From contig CAVUDP010000004.1 of NCBI GenBank assembly GCA_963740315.1, positions 512,001 through 576,000 of the forward strand: a stretch of DNA of 64,000 nt. Direction: 5' to 3'. Positions within the stretch are counted from its first letter, which is position 1. Each line of letters begins with the position of its first letter. The notes beneath the pieces are model-generated. The model was not told where the DNA came from. It ran no database searches and saw only the letters and a list, made by a program, of their open reading frames with translations. The translations under genes were made by a program, and so were the position numbers. The stretch comes from an uncultured cyanobacterium (GTDB taxonomy: Bacteria > Cyanobacteriota > Cyanobacteriia > Cyanobacteriales > Nostocaceae). Below, in pieces: positions 32,149 to 41,986 of the stretch.

Positions 32149-35100
32149 ATGGTTAACATCTCCGGATATCAGATTAAAGAACAACTCTACAACGGTTCGA
32201 GAACCTTGGTATATCGAGCAGTTCGAGAAGGCGATCGCAAACCTGTAGTTATCAAATTACTCAAAAATCCATTTCCAGATTTTAACGAATTGCTACAGTT
32301 TCGCAATCAATACACAATTGCTAAAAATTTAGATATTCCCGGAATTGTAAAATTTTACAGTCTCGAAGCTTATCAAAATAGCTATGCTTTGGTGATGGAA
32401 TTTGGTGGGGTTTCCCTGCGCGAATATATGCTGGGTGAAAATATCGCTTCTCTACAAGATATTTTATTAATTGCAATTAAAATTACCGATATTCTCCACC
32501 ATCTTCATCAAAATCGCGTTATTCACAAAGATATTAAACCTGCCAATATTTTAATTAATCCCGAAAAACAAGTTAAATTAATTGACTTTAGTATTGCATC
32601 TTTGCTACCCAAGGAAATCCAAGAAATCAAAAGTTTCAATAGTTTAGAAGGGACGCTTGCATACTTATCACCAGAGCAAACTGGAAGAATGAACCGGGGA
32701 ATTGATTACCGGGCTGATTTTTATGCATTCGGTGTAACTTTGTTTGAATTATTGACGGGAGAGTTACCTTTTCAATCGGATGATGCGATGGAATTGGTGC
32801 ATTGTCATATTGCGAAACAACCTGCTTCAGTTAACAGTTATCAGTTAGCAGTTAGCAGTGAAGAGATTTCTAGGGTTTTATCAGATATCGTCATTAAGTT
32901 GATGGCGAAAAATGCCGAAGATAGATATCAAAGTGCTTTGGGATTAAAATACAATCTAGAAATTTGTTTAAAACAACTTCAAGAAAAAGGGAAAATAGAT
33001 TTTGCAATTGCCCAAAGAGATATTTGTGACAGATTTATAATCCCTGAAAAACTTTATGGTAGGGAAAAAGAAGTTGAAACTTTATTAGCTGCATTTAATA
33101 GAGTTGCTGGTGTTAATTCTCGTTCCCAGGAAGAGCCAGGGAATGCCTATCCAGAGGCTCCGCCTCGTGATTTGCTAGAGGCAGAGCCTCCAAAAATGCA
33201 TTACAAGGCAAGGGTTCCTTGTAACGAGGGGAACGAGGGGAAAGCGGAATTAATGTTAGTCGCTGGTTTTTCTGGTATTGGTAAAACTGCGGTAATCAAT
33301 GAAGTTCAAAAACCCATTGTTAAACAACACGGTTATTTTATTAAAGGAAAATTTGACCAGTTTAATCGTAATATTCCTTTGGACGCTTTTGTACAAGCTT
33401 TTCGGGATTTAATGGGACAATTATTGAGTGAAGCTGATGCTCAATTGTCAAGCTGGAAACACAAAATTTTACAGGCTTTAGGAGATAACGCTCAGGTAAT
33501 TATTGATGTTATTCCCGAATTAGAAAAGATAATTGATAAACAGCCATCTGTACCGGAATTGTCGGGTACTGCGGCGCAAAATAGATTTAATTTATTATTT
33601 CAAAAGTTTATTCAAGTTTTTACTACTAAAGAACATCCTTTAGTTATTTTCTTAGATGATTTGCAGTGGGCTGATTCGGCATCTTTGAAGTTAATGCAGT
33701 TGCTGATGAGCGTGTCTGAAACTGGTTATTTATTATTAATCGGTGCTTACCGAGATAATGAAGTTTTCCCGGCTCATCCTTTGATGTTAACTTTGCAAGA
33801 AATTACTTCTTCTGAAGCGATAATTAATACAATTACATTAAAACCGTTAGAGTTAGAAAGCTTAAATCAACTGATTGCCGATACTTTTAATTGCTCGCTT
33901 TTGATGGCAAAACCGCTGACGCAATTGGTTTACCAAAAAACTCAAGGTAATCCATTTTTTAGTACGCAATTTTTGAAAGCACTCTATGAAGATGGTTTAA
34001 TTAAGTTTGACTTTAATGCGGGTTCGTGGGTATGCAATATTGCCGAGGTAAGAGCTTTAGCGCTGACTGATGATGTTGTTGAATTTATGGCATTGCAGTT
34101 ACAAAAGTTGCCAGAATCAACGCAAAATATTTTGAAATTGGCTGCTTGTATTGGCAATCAATTTGATTTATCAACTTTGGCGATCGTCTGTCAAAAATCT
34201 GAAGCTGAAACTGCAACAGATTTATGGAAAGCTTTACAGTTCGGTTTGATTTTACCGCAAAGTGAGGTTTACAAGTTTTATCTTGAAGAGGAAATACAAA
34301 CTAACTTGCTTCAACAAGTTGTCAACTATAAGTTTCTCCATGACAGAGTTCAACAAGCAGCTTATTCCTTGATTCCTGAAAAACAAAAACAAGCAACTCA
34401 CTTGAAAATTGGTCAATTATTGCTGCAAGAAATATCTTTAGAAACCAGAGAAAACCGCATTTTTGAAATAGTCAATCAATTAAACTATGGAACGGATTTA
34501 ATTACAGAGCAAAAACAACGCACCGAACTAGCTCAACTTAATCTTATTGCTTGTCGCAAAGCCAGAAGTGCGATCGCCTATCAAGTTGGACGCGAATATG
34601 CCAGCATTGGATTATCTTTGCTAGGCGAAAATGCTTGGCTGTGGGAATATGAAATGAGTTTAGCGTTTCATGAATTGGGGGCAGAGTTGGCTTTGCTCTG
34701 CGGTGATTTTGAAGCAATGGAACAGTTGATTGAGAAAGTTATTGAAAAAGCAAACTCTTTACTTGAAAAGGTCAATGTTTACCGAATTAGAATTCAATAT
34801 AATATCTCTGGGAACAAGTTACCCGAAGCAATTGTTATAGCTCTACAGCTTTTAGAACAATTTAGTGTAACTTTCCCCGAAACACCGACACCCGAAGATA
34901 TACAGCGCAGAATTACAGAAGTTGGAGAACTGATTGGGGATAGGGAAATAGAAGACTTGATTAATCTTCCCAGAATGACTAATTTTGAAAAAATCGCTAT
35001 TATCCAGATTGCTAATAGCATAATCCCAGCCGCTTATATGTCTGGTTCTCCCTTGATTACATTACTGGTTTTCTTATCACTCAAGCTATCGATTCAATAT

Positions 35101-37659
35101 GGTAATACCGATGCTTCAGCCTTGGCTTATGCTGCTTATGCCATCATTGCTTGCGATATGCTGAAAAATGTAGATATGGGAGTAAAGTTTGGTCAATTGG
35201 CACTTGAAGTTGTCTCCAAACTGGATGCAAAAACTGTCAAACCAGAGATATTAAATGTGGTGGGGGTATTCATCATACACCGCAAATCTCACATCAAAAA
35301 AACGCTACCGCTGTTGCAAGAGGGTTATGCGGCTGCGCTAGAAGTTGGAAAGCCCGAATATGTCGGATATAATGCCCACCTGTTTTGTCTCAATTCTTTT
35401 TGGTGTTCTGTGCCCCTTAACACCTTGGAGCAGCAAACAAAAGCCTACTGCAATGCGTTAGTGCAATTAAATCAATTGACAACAGCTAATTACTGTCGAA
35501 TTTATTGGCAATCTATTTTAAATTTACTCTGCGTTACGAAGTATCCAACTAATTTATCCGGGGAAGTCTTCCAAGAAGCAGCATTACTACCTTTACTCAT
35601 AGAAGCTCATGACTTTTTTGGGTTATTTGTCTTCTATCTATATAAGCTGATGCTTTGCTACTTATTTAATGAAATTGAATCAGCCCAAAATTATGCAGTT
35701 GAAGTCAGACGTTATTTAATAGCTGGTGTTGGCACTGTTGCTGAACCTGCGTTTTATTTCTATGATTCTTTGGTTGTTTTAGCTGCTTTGAATACGCAAT
35801 CAAAATCATCAGAATTATTTGAGCGAGTAGAACAAAACCAAACGCAACTCCGCAATTTTTGGGCGAATTATGCACCGATGAATCATCAACATAAAGTTGA
35901 TTTAGTAGAAGCCGAAAAATACCGAGTTTTGGGAAAAAAAGCCGAAGCAATTGAACTATACGATAAAGCTATTGCTGGAGCTAAAGTTAGCGAATACATC
36001 CTTGAAGTTGCCCTTGCTAACGAACTTGCAGCCAAATTTTACTTAGATTGGGGTAAGGAAAAAGTTGCGATCGCCTATATGCAAGAAGCTTACTACTGCT
36101 ATGCTCGCTGGGGAAGTAAGGCAAAAACCAACGACTTAGAAAAACGCTATCCTCAATTACTCTGTGCAATATTACAAACGCAAAATAGCTTTCAAATCAA
36201 CGAAACCCGCTATTTAAGCCACCAAACTATCCAAACAAATCTTACTAGCAGCACCTCTATAGACGAAACTCTTGATTTAGCCAGTATTCTTAAAGCAACA
36301 CAAGTTTTATCAAGCGAAATTCAATTAGAACAATTAATTTCCAAGTTAATGCAAGTAGTAATAGAAAATGCAGGGGCGCAAAAAGCTGCTTTGGTGTTGC
36401 TTAAAAATAATACCCTAATGTTAAAAGCAGTAGCTAATACAGAAGAAAGTATCAAGCTGCTAAATTTACCATGTGAAAACAGCAAATATTTACCCAACGC
36501 CGTAATTAACTATGTCAAACGTAGCTTAGAAACTGTTCTATTAGATGATGCAACAACCCAAAATGATTTTATCGCCGACTCTTATTTAAAGCAGCAACAA
36601 CCTAAAAGTTTGCTGTGTATGCCGATTTTGAATCAAGGAAAATTAATTGGGTTGCTGTATCTAGAAAATAACTTGACGATTGGTGCATTTACACAAAATC
36701 GGATTGAAATTCTCAACTTACTTTGTACTCAAGCTGCTATTTCTTTAGAAAACGCCCAACTTTATCGCAAATTAGAAGATTATTCTCATACTTTAGAGCA
36801 AAAAGTTGAACAACGTACCCAAGAAGTAACGCAATCGCTAAAACAACTGCAACGCACTCAAGCCCAACTGATTCAAACTGAAAAAATGTCCGGTTTGGGG
36901 CAATTAGTTGCTGGTATCGCTCACGAAATCAATAATCCCATCAGCTTTATTTACGGTAATCTCACACCAGCTTCGCAATACGCAGAATCTTTAATTGAAT
37001 TAATTGATTTGTATCAAAATCTATATTCTCAACCTCTACCGGAAATTGAATCAAAAGTTGATGAGATAGAACTCGATTTTATCATTGAAGACTTACCAAA
37101 ACTGCTTTATTCAATGAAAACGGGTGCAGAGCGCATTCGTGAAATTGTTCTTTCATTACGAAACTTCTCTCGCTTGGATGAAGCTGAAATTAAACCTGTT
37201 GATATTCATTCTGGAATTGATAGCACTCTATTAATTTTGCAGAGTAAACTCGCTAAGAATACCAAATATCCAGAAATTAAAGTAATTAAACAATACAGTC
37301 AACTGCCAAAAGTTAACTGCTATGCTTCAGAATTAAATCAAGTATTTCTGAATATTATTGGTAATGCAATTGATGCTTTACGAGACAAGCAAGACAAACC
37401 AATAATAACAATTAGCACTTCATTAAAAGATAACCAAAATATATTAATTAGTATCGCTGATAATGGTGTAGGTATAAGTCAATCGGTTTTAAATAAAATA
37501 TTCGACCCATTTTTTACTACTAAACCCGTCGGTAGCGGTACGGGTTTGGGATTATCAACAAGCTATTCGATTGTAGTAGAAAAACATCGAGGTAAGTTAA
37601 GTTGTAATTCAAAATTAGGAGAAGGAACAGAATTTTTAATTGAGTTACCTTTACTTTGA
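32149..37659 (+). CDS. Hybrid Ser/Thr kinase-AAA ATPase-GAF-histidine kinase (HstK-like), 1836 aa
   Basis: [49 protein letters not shown]. Confidence 0.93.
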   Translation: MVNISGYQIKEQLYNGSRTLVYRAVREGDRKPVVIKLLKNPFPDFNELLQFRNQYTIAKNLDIPGIVKFYSLEAYQNSYALVMEFGGVSLREYMLGENIASLQDILLIAIKITDILHHLHQNRVIHKDIKPANILINPEKQVKLIDFSIASLLPKEIQEIKSFNSLEGTLAYLSPEQTGRMNRGIDYRADFYAFGVTLFELLTGELPFQSDDAMELVHCHIAKQPASVNSYQLAVSSEEISRVLSDIVIKLMAKNAEDRYQSALGLKYNLEICLKQLQEKGKIDFAIAQRDICDRFIIPEKLYGREKEVETLLAAFNRVAGVNSRSQEEPGNAYPEAPPRDLLEAEPPKMHYKARVPCNEGNEGKAELMLVAGFSGIGKTAVINEVQKPIVKQHGYFIKGKFDQFNRNIPLDAFVQAFRDLMGQLLSEADAQLSSWKHKILQALGDNAQVIIDVIPELEKIIDKQPSVPELSGTAAQNRFNLLFQKFIQVFTTKEHPLVIFLDDLQWADSASLKLMQLLMSVSETGYLLLIGAYRDNEVFPAHPLMLTLQEITSSEAIINTITLKPLELESLNQLIADTFNCSLLMAKPLTQLVYQKTQGNPFFSTQFLKALYEDGLIKFDFNAGSWVCNIAEVRALALTDDVVEFMALQLQKLPESTQNILKLAACIGNQFDLSTLAIVCQKSEAETATDLWKALQFGLILPQSEVYKFYLEEEIQTNLLQQVVNYKFLHDRVQQAAYSLIPEKQKQATHLKIGQLLLQEISLETRENRIFEIVNQLNYGTDLITEQKQRTELAQLNLIACRKARSAIAYQVGREYASIGLSLLGENAWLWEYEMSLAFHELGAELALLCGDFEAMEQLIEKVIEKANSLLEKVNVYRIRIQYNISGNKLPEAIVIALQLLEQFSVTFPETPTPEDIQRRITEVGELIGDREIEDLINLPRMTNFEKIAIIQIANSIIPAAYMSGSPLITLLVFLSLKLSIQYGNTDASALAYAAYAIIACDMLKNVDMGVKFGQLALEVVSKLDAKTVKPEILNVVGVFIIHRKSHIKKTLPLLQEGYAAALEVGKPEYVGYNAHLFCLNSFWCSVPLNTLEQQTKAYCNALVQLNQLTTANYCRIYWQSILNLLCVTKYPTNLSGEVFQEAALLPLLIEAHDFFGLFVFYLYKLMLCYLFNEIESAQNYAVEVRRYLIAGVGTVAEPAFYFYDSLVVLAALNTQSKSSELFERVEQNQTQLRNFWANYAPMNHQHKVDLVEAEKYRVLGKKAEAIELYDKAIAGAKVSEYILEVALANELAAKFYLDWGKEKVAIAYMQEAYYCYARWGSKAKTNDLEKRYPQLLCAILQTQNSFQINETRYLSHQTIQTNLTSSTSIDETLDLASILKATQVLSSEIQLEQLISKLMQVVIENAGAQKAALVLLKNNTLMLKAVANTEESIKLLNLPCENSKYLPNAVINYVKRSLETVLLDDATTQNDFIADSYLKQQQPKSLLCMPILNQGKLIGLLYLENNLTIGAFTQNRIEILNLLCTQAAISLENAQLYRKLEDYSHTLEQKVEQRTQEVTQSLKQLQRTQAQLIQTEKMSGLGQLVAGIAHEINNPISFIYGNLTPASQYAESLIELIDLYQNLYSQPLPEIESKVDEIELDFIIEDLPKLLYSMKTGAERIREIVLSLRNFSRLDEAEIKPVDIHSGIDSTLLILQSKLAKNTKYPEIKVIKQYSQLPKVNCYASELNQVFLNIIGNAIDALRDKQDKPIITISTSLKDNQNILISIADNGVGISQSVLNKIFDPFFTTKPVGSGTGLGLSTSYSIVVEKHRGKLSCNSKLGEGTEFLIELPLL
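33119..33237. mobile_element. About 110-bp palindromic MITE-like element plus a 9-bp end duplication, translated in frame
   Basis: CTCGTTCCC...GTAACGAG then GGGAACGAG; same position as the element at 24324-24430. Confidence 0.75.
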
Positions 37660-37745
37660 ATTAACTACCATGAATCGGCATTTTTAGCAGATAGCGAAAG
37701 AAAGGAGATGGGGAAAAATCAAAGTTTATTTTAACTGCTCACTGC

Positions 37746-38048
37746 TCACTGCTCACTGTTTTTTCTCAAAGCTTCTACTTGCGATTTTAATTGAGCTATT
37801 TCTTGTGCCATTTCTAATACCATTGATGCACCAATTAAATTCAAACCTAAATCTTGACGCAAACGAATAATTTGAATGATGCGAGTTACATCTTGGGAAC
37901 GTAACATTGCTCCTTCTGGCTCGATTAAACCTAAGCTGGTAAAGCGTTCGATAACCGTAACTGATGTTTCTGTAATTGTGGCTGCTTGCTCGAAGCTGAT
38001 TAAGTTTTCTCCTTCAAGAGAAACTACGACGCGGGATATTTGACTCAT
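37746..38048 (-). CDS. cbpM: Chaperone modulator CbpM (MerR-like HTH)
   Basis: LGLIEP..RIIQIIRLRQDLGLNLIGASMVLEM; lies directly downstream of a CbpA-like J protein gene. Confidence 0.8.
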   Translation of the reverse strand: MSQISRVVVSLEGENLISFEQAATITETSVTVIERFTSLGLIEPEGAMLRSQDVTRIIQIIRLRQDLGLNLIGASMVLEMAQEIAQLKSQVEALRKNSEQ

Positions 38049-38210
38049 AAGTTAGTACCTGGAGGGGGTAGAGGGGGGAGAGGGGGTAGAGGGGGGAGAG
38101 GGGGTAGAGGGGGTAGAGGGGGTAGTTAAATAGCGAGCAAGATGCTCACACTACTCATAACTCCGGCTCTTTTCTTATCAATCCAAAATCTAAAATCTAA
38201 AATCCAAAAT

Positions 38211-39182
38211 CTAAAATCCCTGCATCTCTTTGCGTGGGTTGAAATTACTTTCTTGCTGGATTTTCTCGTAATATTCTTTTTCTTTGTCGGTTAATTCTTT
38301 GGGCGTAACAATTTTTAACTTGACAATTTGGTCGGTTCTTTCTCCTTTGGGTTTACGCCAGCCTTTACCGCGCAATCGCAGAGATTGACCGGAATCTACT
38401 CCTGGAGGTATTTTCATGGTAACGTTACCGTCGGGTGTTGGTACATGGATTTCGGCTCCTAAAGCTGCTTCGGGAGGGGTAATCGGTACTTCGCAAACGA
38501 TATTATCATCTTCAAAACTGAAAAATGGATGGGGTTGTAATTCTATATTTAAATATAAATCTCCTCGCTGATTGGAGAAAGGGCTAGTTTGTCCTTTACC
38601 TTTAACTCGCAGACGACTTCCAGGTTTTGCTCCAGGGGGAATGCGGACTTTAATGGCTTCATCGCCCAATTTAAACTGTTGCTGTACTCCATTGAAAGCT
38701 TCAGAAAAAGAAAGTGCGATCGCTGCTTCTACATCTTGCCCTGGTTGGCTAAATCCCTCGCTACCCGAGGAAGTACGATAAGAATAATTTCTTCTGCTGC
38801 CACCACCTTTACCAGCTTTACCCCTAATAAGTTCTTCAATAAAATCATCAAAGCTGCCATACTGACTAAAATCATAGCCACCAACATCTACACCAACTCC
38901 ACCTCTAGGAGTAGTACCAGGTTGCGATCGCTGTTGTGTTTGACCTCCCTGTTGCCAATATTGCCCGTATTGGTCGTATTTCTGCCGTTTTTCAGGATCG
39001 CAAAGCACTTCTTGAGCTTCGTTAATCTCTTTAAAACGATTTTCTGCTTGTTTATCACCGGGATTCAAATCTGGATGATATTTTCTCGCCAGTTTCCGGT
39101 AAGCTTTTTTAATGTCATCCTGAGACGCATTTTTACTAACACCCAGAACCTGATAATAATCTTTGAAATCACTTGCTGCCAT
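38211..39182 (-). CDS. DnaJ class II (CbpA-like) co-chaperone without zinc finger
   Basis: [13 protein letters not shown]-domain, G/F-rich linker, DnaJ_C (LRLRGKG). Confidence 0.93.
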   Translation of the reverse strand: MAASDFKDYYQVLGVSKNASQDDIKKAYRKLARKYHPDLNPGDKQAENRFKEINEAQEVLCDPEKRQKYDQYGQYWQQGGQTQQRSQPGTTPRGGVGVDVGGYDFSQYGSFDDFIEELIRGKAGKGGGSRRNYSYRTSSGSEGFSQPGQDVEAAIALSFSEAFNGVQQQFKLGDEAIKVRIPPGAKPGSRLRVKGKGQTSPFSNQRGDLYLNIELQPHPFFSFEDDNIVCEVPITPPEAALGAEIHVPTPDGNVTMKIPPGVDSGQSLRLRGKGWRKPKGERTDQIVKLKIVTPKELTDKEKEYYEKIQQESNFNPRKEMQGF

Positions 39183-39328
39183 TTTTATTTACGATTGGGA
39201 ATTGGGAATGGGGCATTGGGCTACCTCCCACCTCCGGTGAATGGGCATGGGGGATTGGGCATTGGGCATTGTATAGTTACCAGTTACCAGCTATTTCTTA
39301 ATAACTGATAACTGATAACTGATAACTG

Positions 39329-39793
39329 TTAACTGTTATTACCCGAACCGATATTTACTTTAGTAACTTTATTTTTTTCATCTTCGGCTTTGGGTATCTC
39401 TAACTTAAGAATACCGTCTTTATAATCGCCTTTGACATTGGTATTATCTACCCGCGTTGGTAAAGGAATTGTACGGCTAAATCTACCGTAACGAAACTCC
39501 GAACGAGTCATACCGTTTTCTTCAGACTTCGATTCCGATTTACGTTCCCCGCTTATCATTACAGCTTCTTTGGTGACTTGTACATCCAAGTCTTTAGCTT
39601 CCATACCGGGAATTTCTATCTTTAGATTGATTCCATTTTCGGTTTCTTCCATCTCCGCAGCAGGGGAAAAGGACATTTGCTGCATCCGCATCATATCTTC
39701 GTCTCGCGTGGAAGATAGACTATCAAATAAACGGTTCATATCCCGTTGCAAAGCTGTCATTTCTTGGAATGGTTGCCAACGAATTAGTGCCAT
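39329..39793 (-). CDS. Hsp20/alpha-crystallin small heat-shock protein
   Basis: MALIRWQPF, ISGERK, RSEFRYGRFSRTIPLP, YKDGILKL. Start placed at the ATG at 39793. Confidence 0.95.
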   Translation of the reverse strand: MALIRWQPFQEMTALQRDMNRLFDSLSSTRDEDMMRMQQMSFSPAAEMEETENGINLKIEIPGMEAKDLDVQVTKEAVMISGERKSESKSEENGMTRSEFRYGRFSRTIPLPTRVDNTNVKGDYKDGILKLEIPKAEDEKNKVTKVNIGSGNNS

Positions 39794-40068
39794 TGTATTT
39801 ACCTCTAAATTTAGTTTTTTTCTGTTTTTCACAAACCTATCGCAGTTTGCTATTCAAAAATTTACTTATCGTTTAGGTATGAAACTTCTTTCCCAAGAAA
39901 GATTAAAAAAAATATTAATTATAATACTATAGATAGATAATTTTAAAAGAAAAATATTGTTATTTTAGTAATTTATCTTTTATTAAAAAACCTAATACAG
40001 GATAATTTAATTACTATCAATACTGTTTAAAATATCAATATATTTGTTTGTACAATTTTCCGGTTGAG

Positions 40069-40129
40069 AAGTCGGGTTTTTATGTGGAAGTATCTGTAAC
40101 AACCAGACAATTTTATAAAAACCCGACTT
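40069..40129. repeat. Perfect 15-bp inverted repeat AAGTCGGGTTTTTAT...ATAAAAACCCGACTT
   Basis: Directly visible upstream of the MocR gene. Confidence 0.75.
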
Positions 40130-40203
40130 ATGACTATTCCAAGGTTATAATTATAGATTTAGATATTGTTTAAAAGTGAGAAAGATAAAGTTTAAATTTG
40201 CCT

Positions 40204-41673
40204 ATGGATTTAGCAATAACTCTCGACAACAATTCATCCAAACCCTTACACCAACAAGTTTACGAACAACTTCGTCAAGCAATTCTCACAGGAAGATTAA
40301 CACCAGGGGAACGAATTCCTTCAACTCGTTTTTTAGCTAAATCTCTGTCAATTTCTCGTTTTACAGTTACCACCAGTTACGAACAACTTTTAAGCGAAGG
40401 TTATTTAGAAACAGTTACGGGTAGTGGTACTTTTGTTTGTCAGCAAATTCCTGACGATTTAATCAACTCAAATCCAATTGAAAATATCGAAAAAATTAAT
40501 CCTTTACCAATTAAATTATCTCAATATGGACAAAGTTTAGTTAATATAAAAAATGTCCCTAGAATTGCGGAACCAGAATTACAAATAAACTTTCGGTATG
40601 GAACACCAGCACTAAGCGAATTTCCGATCAAAATTTGGCGTAGATTACTATCATATTACTGTAATTCTAACTTGAATTGGCTCGATTATTCCAGAGAAGC
40701 ATTAGGTTATCAACCTTTAAGAGAAGCGATCGCACATTATCTGACTCGCTCCCGTGCGGTTAACTGCAAACCCGAACAAATATTAATTACCAACGGTACC
40801 CAACAAGCACTCGATTTAATTTTGCGTTTATTAATTTCTCCAGGAGAAACCATAGCTATAGAAAATCCCGGTTATTTAAGCGCAAGAATTATATTTGAAA
40901 CACAAGGTTCTAAAATATTACCCGTAAGAGTAGATAATTCAGGTTTAATAGTACAAGAATTAGCTAATTTTAAAGATAATATTATCCGTTTAGTTTACGT
41001 CACACCTTCCCATCAATTCCCCACCGGAGCAATTTTATCCTTACCGCGACGCTTGGAATTATTAAATTGGGCGCAACAAACCGGAGGGTTAATAATTGAA
41101 GATGATTATGATAGCGAATTTCGATATGGTGAAAAACCAATTCCCGCATTACAAGGATTGGATAAAAGCGATTCGGTACTCTATATCGGCACCTTTTCAA
41201 AAGTACTATTTCCATCCTTGCGAATCGGTTATTTAGTACTTCCCAAAAGTTTAGTTGCAATATTCACCCGTGCAAAATGGTTGAATGACAGACATTTACC
41301 AATTTTAGAACAGCAAGTACTTACAGAGTTTATCGAATCGGGACATTTAGAACGTCATTTGAGAAAAATGCAATCGATATACGATAAACGTCGTCAAACT
41401 TTAGTAAAAGTCTTAAAAAAACACTTTAGAAAAAGAGCCGTAATATTAGGAGAAAAAGCTGGAATTCACGTCATGGTGCGTTTCAAAAGTAACTTAACTG
41501 ACGAAGAGATTATTGAAAAAGCTGCAAAAGTTGGTGTAGCGATGATGTCTGCCAATCCTCATTATCTCGCAAACCATCCCAAAGGCGAATTTATCTTTGG
41601 TTACGGCGATTTGACAGAAACACAGCTTACCGAGGGAATTCGTAGATTAGCCCAGATAATTCATTGTTCGTAG
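40204..41673 (+). CDS. MocR/GabR family regulator (GntR wHTH + PLP-dependent aminotransferase-like domain)
   Basis: PSTRFLAKSLSISRFTV..YEQLLSEGY, YVTPSHQFPTG, IIEDDYDSEF, GTFSK..PSLRIGY. Confidence 0.95.
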   Translation: MDLAITLDNNSSKPLHQQVYEQLRQAILTGRLTPGERIPSTRFLAKSLSISRFTVTTSYEQLLSEGYLETVTGSGTFVCQQIPDDLINSNPIENIEKINPLPIKLSQYGQSLVNIKNVPRIAEPELQINFRYGTPALSEFPIKIWRRLLSYYCNSNLNWLDYSREALGYQPLREAIAHYLTRSRAVNCKPEQILITNGTQQALDLILRLLISPGETIAIENPGYLSARIIFETQGSKILPVRVDNSGLIVQELANFKDNIIRLVYVTPSHQFPTGAILSLPRRLELLNWAQQTGGLIIEDDYDSEFRYGEKPIPALQGLDKSDSVLYIGTFSKVLFPSLRIGYLVLPKSLVAIFTRAKWLNDRHLPILEQQVLTEFIESGHLERHLRKMQSIYDKRRQTLVKVLKKHFRKRAVILGEKAGIHVMVRFKSNLTDEEIIEKAAKVGVAMMSANPHYLANHPKGEFIFGYGDLTETQLTEGIRRLAQIIHCS

Positions 41674-41914
41674 TAAGGGCATTGGTTCCCTCTAATCCTA
41701 CAAACCTTCAACAAGGAATTCGTAGATTAGCCCAGGTAATTCTATGTTCGTAGTAAGGGCATTGGTTCCCTAAAAACAAGGATTAAAATCCTTACTACAA
41801 ACTTTAAAAAAAGAATTAGTAGATTATTTTAGATAATTAGTAAATCATAATTCTTTGTTAGTAGTAAGGGCATTGGTTCCCTCTAATCCAAGGATTAAAA
41901 TCCTTACTACAAAC
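41635..41914 (+). repeat. Three degenerate tandem copies of the MocR 3' end plus a GTAGTAAG...CTTACTAC REP-like element
   Basis: GAATT(C/A)GTAGATTA...GTAGTAAGGGCATTGGTTCCCT at about 41635, 41715 and 41813. Confidence 0.8.
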
Positions 41915-41986
41915 TTACAAATAATCATGCCATGACAATAAAAAGCATTTTTAACCAATAAATTTACGGAAACTTAAAATATTATT

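Noticed and set aside
38589..39308. 239-aa plus-strand ORF
   Set aside because: Antisense to the DnaJ-class gene with no recognisable motifs. The same applies to the other short ORFs nested in larger genes.
39794..40200. CIRCE/HrcA operator upstream of the hsp20-dnaJ-cbpM cluster
   Set aside because: No TTAGCACTC-N9-GAGTGCTAA-like sequence was found.
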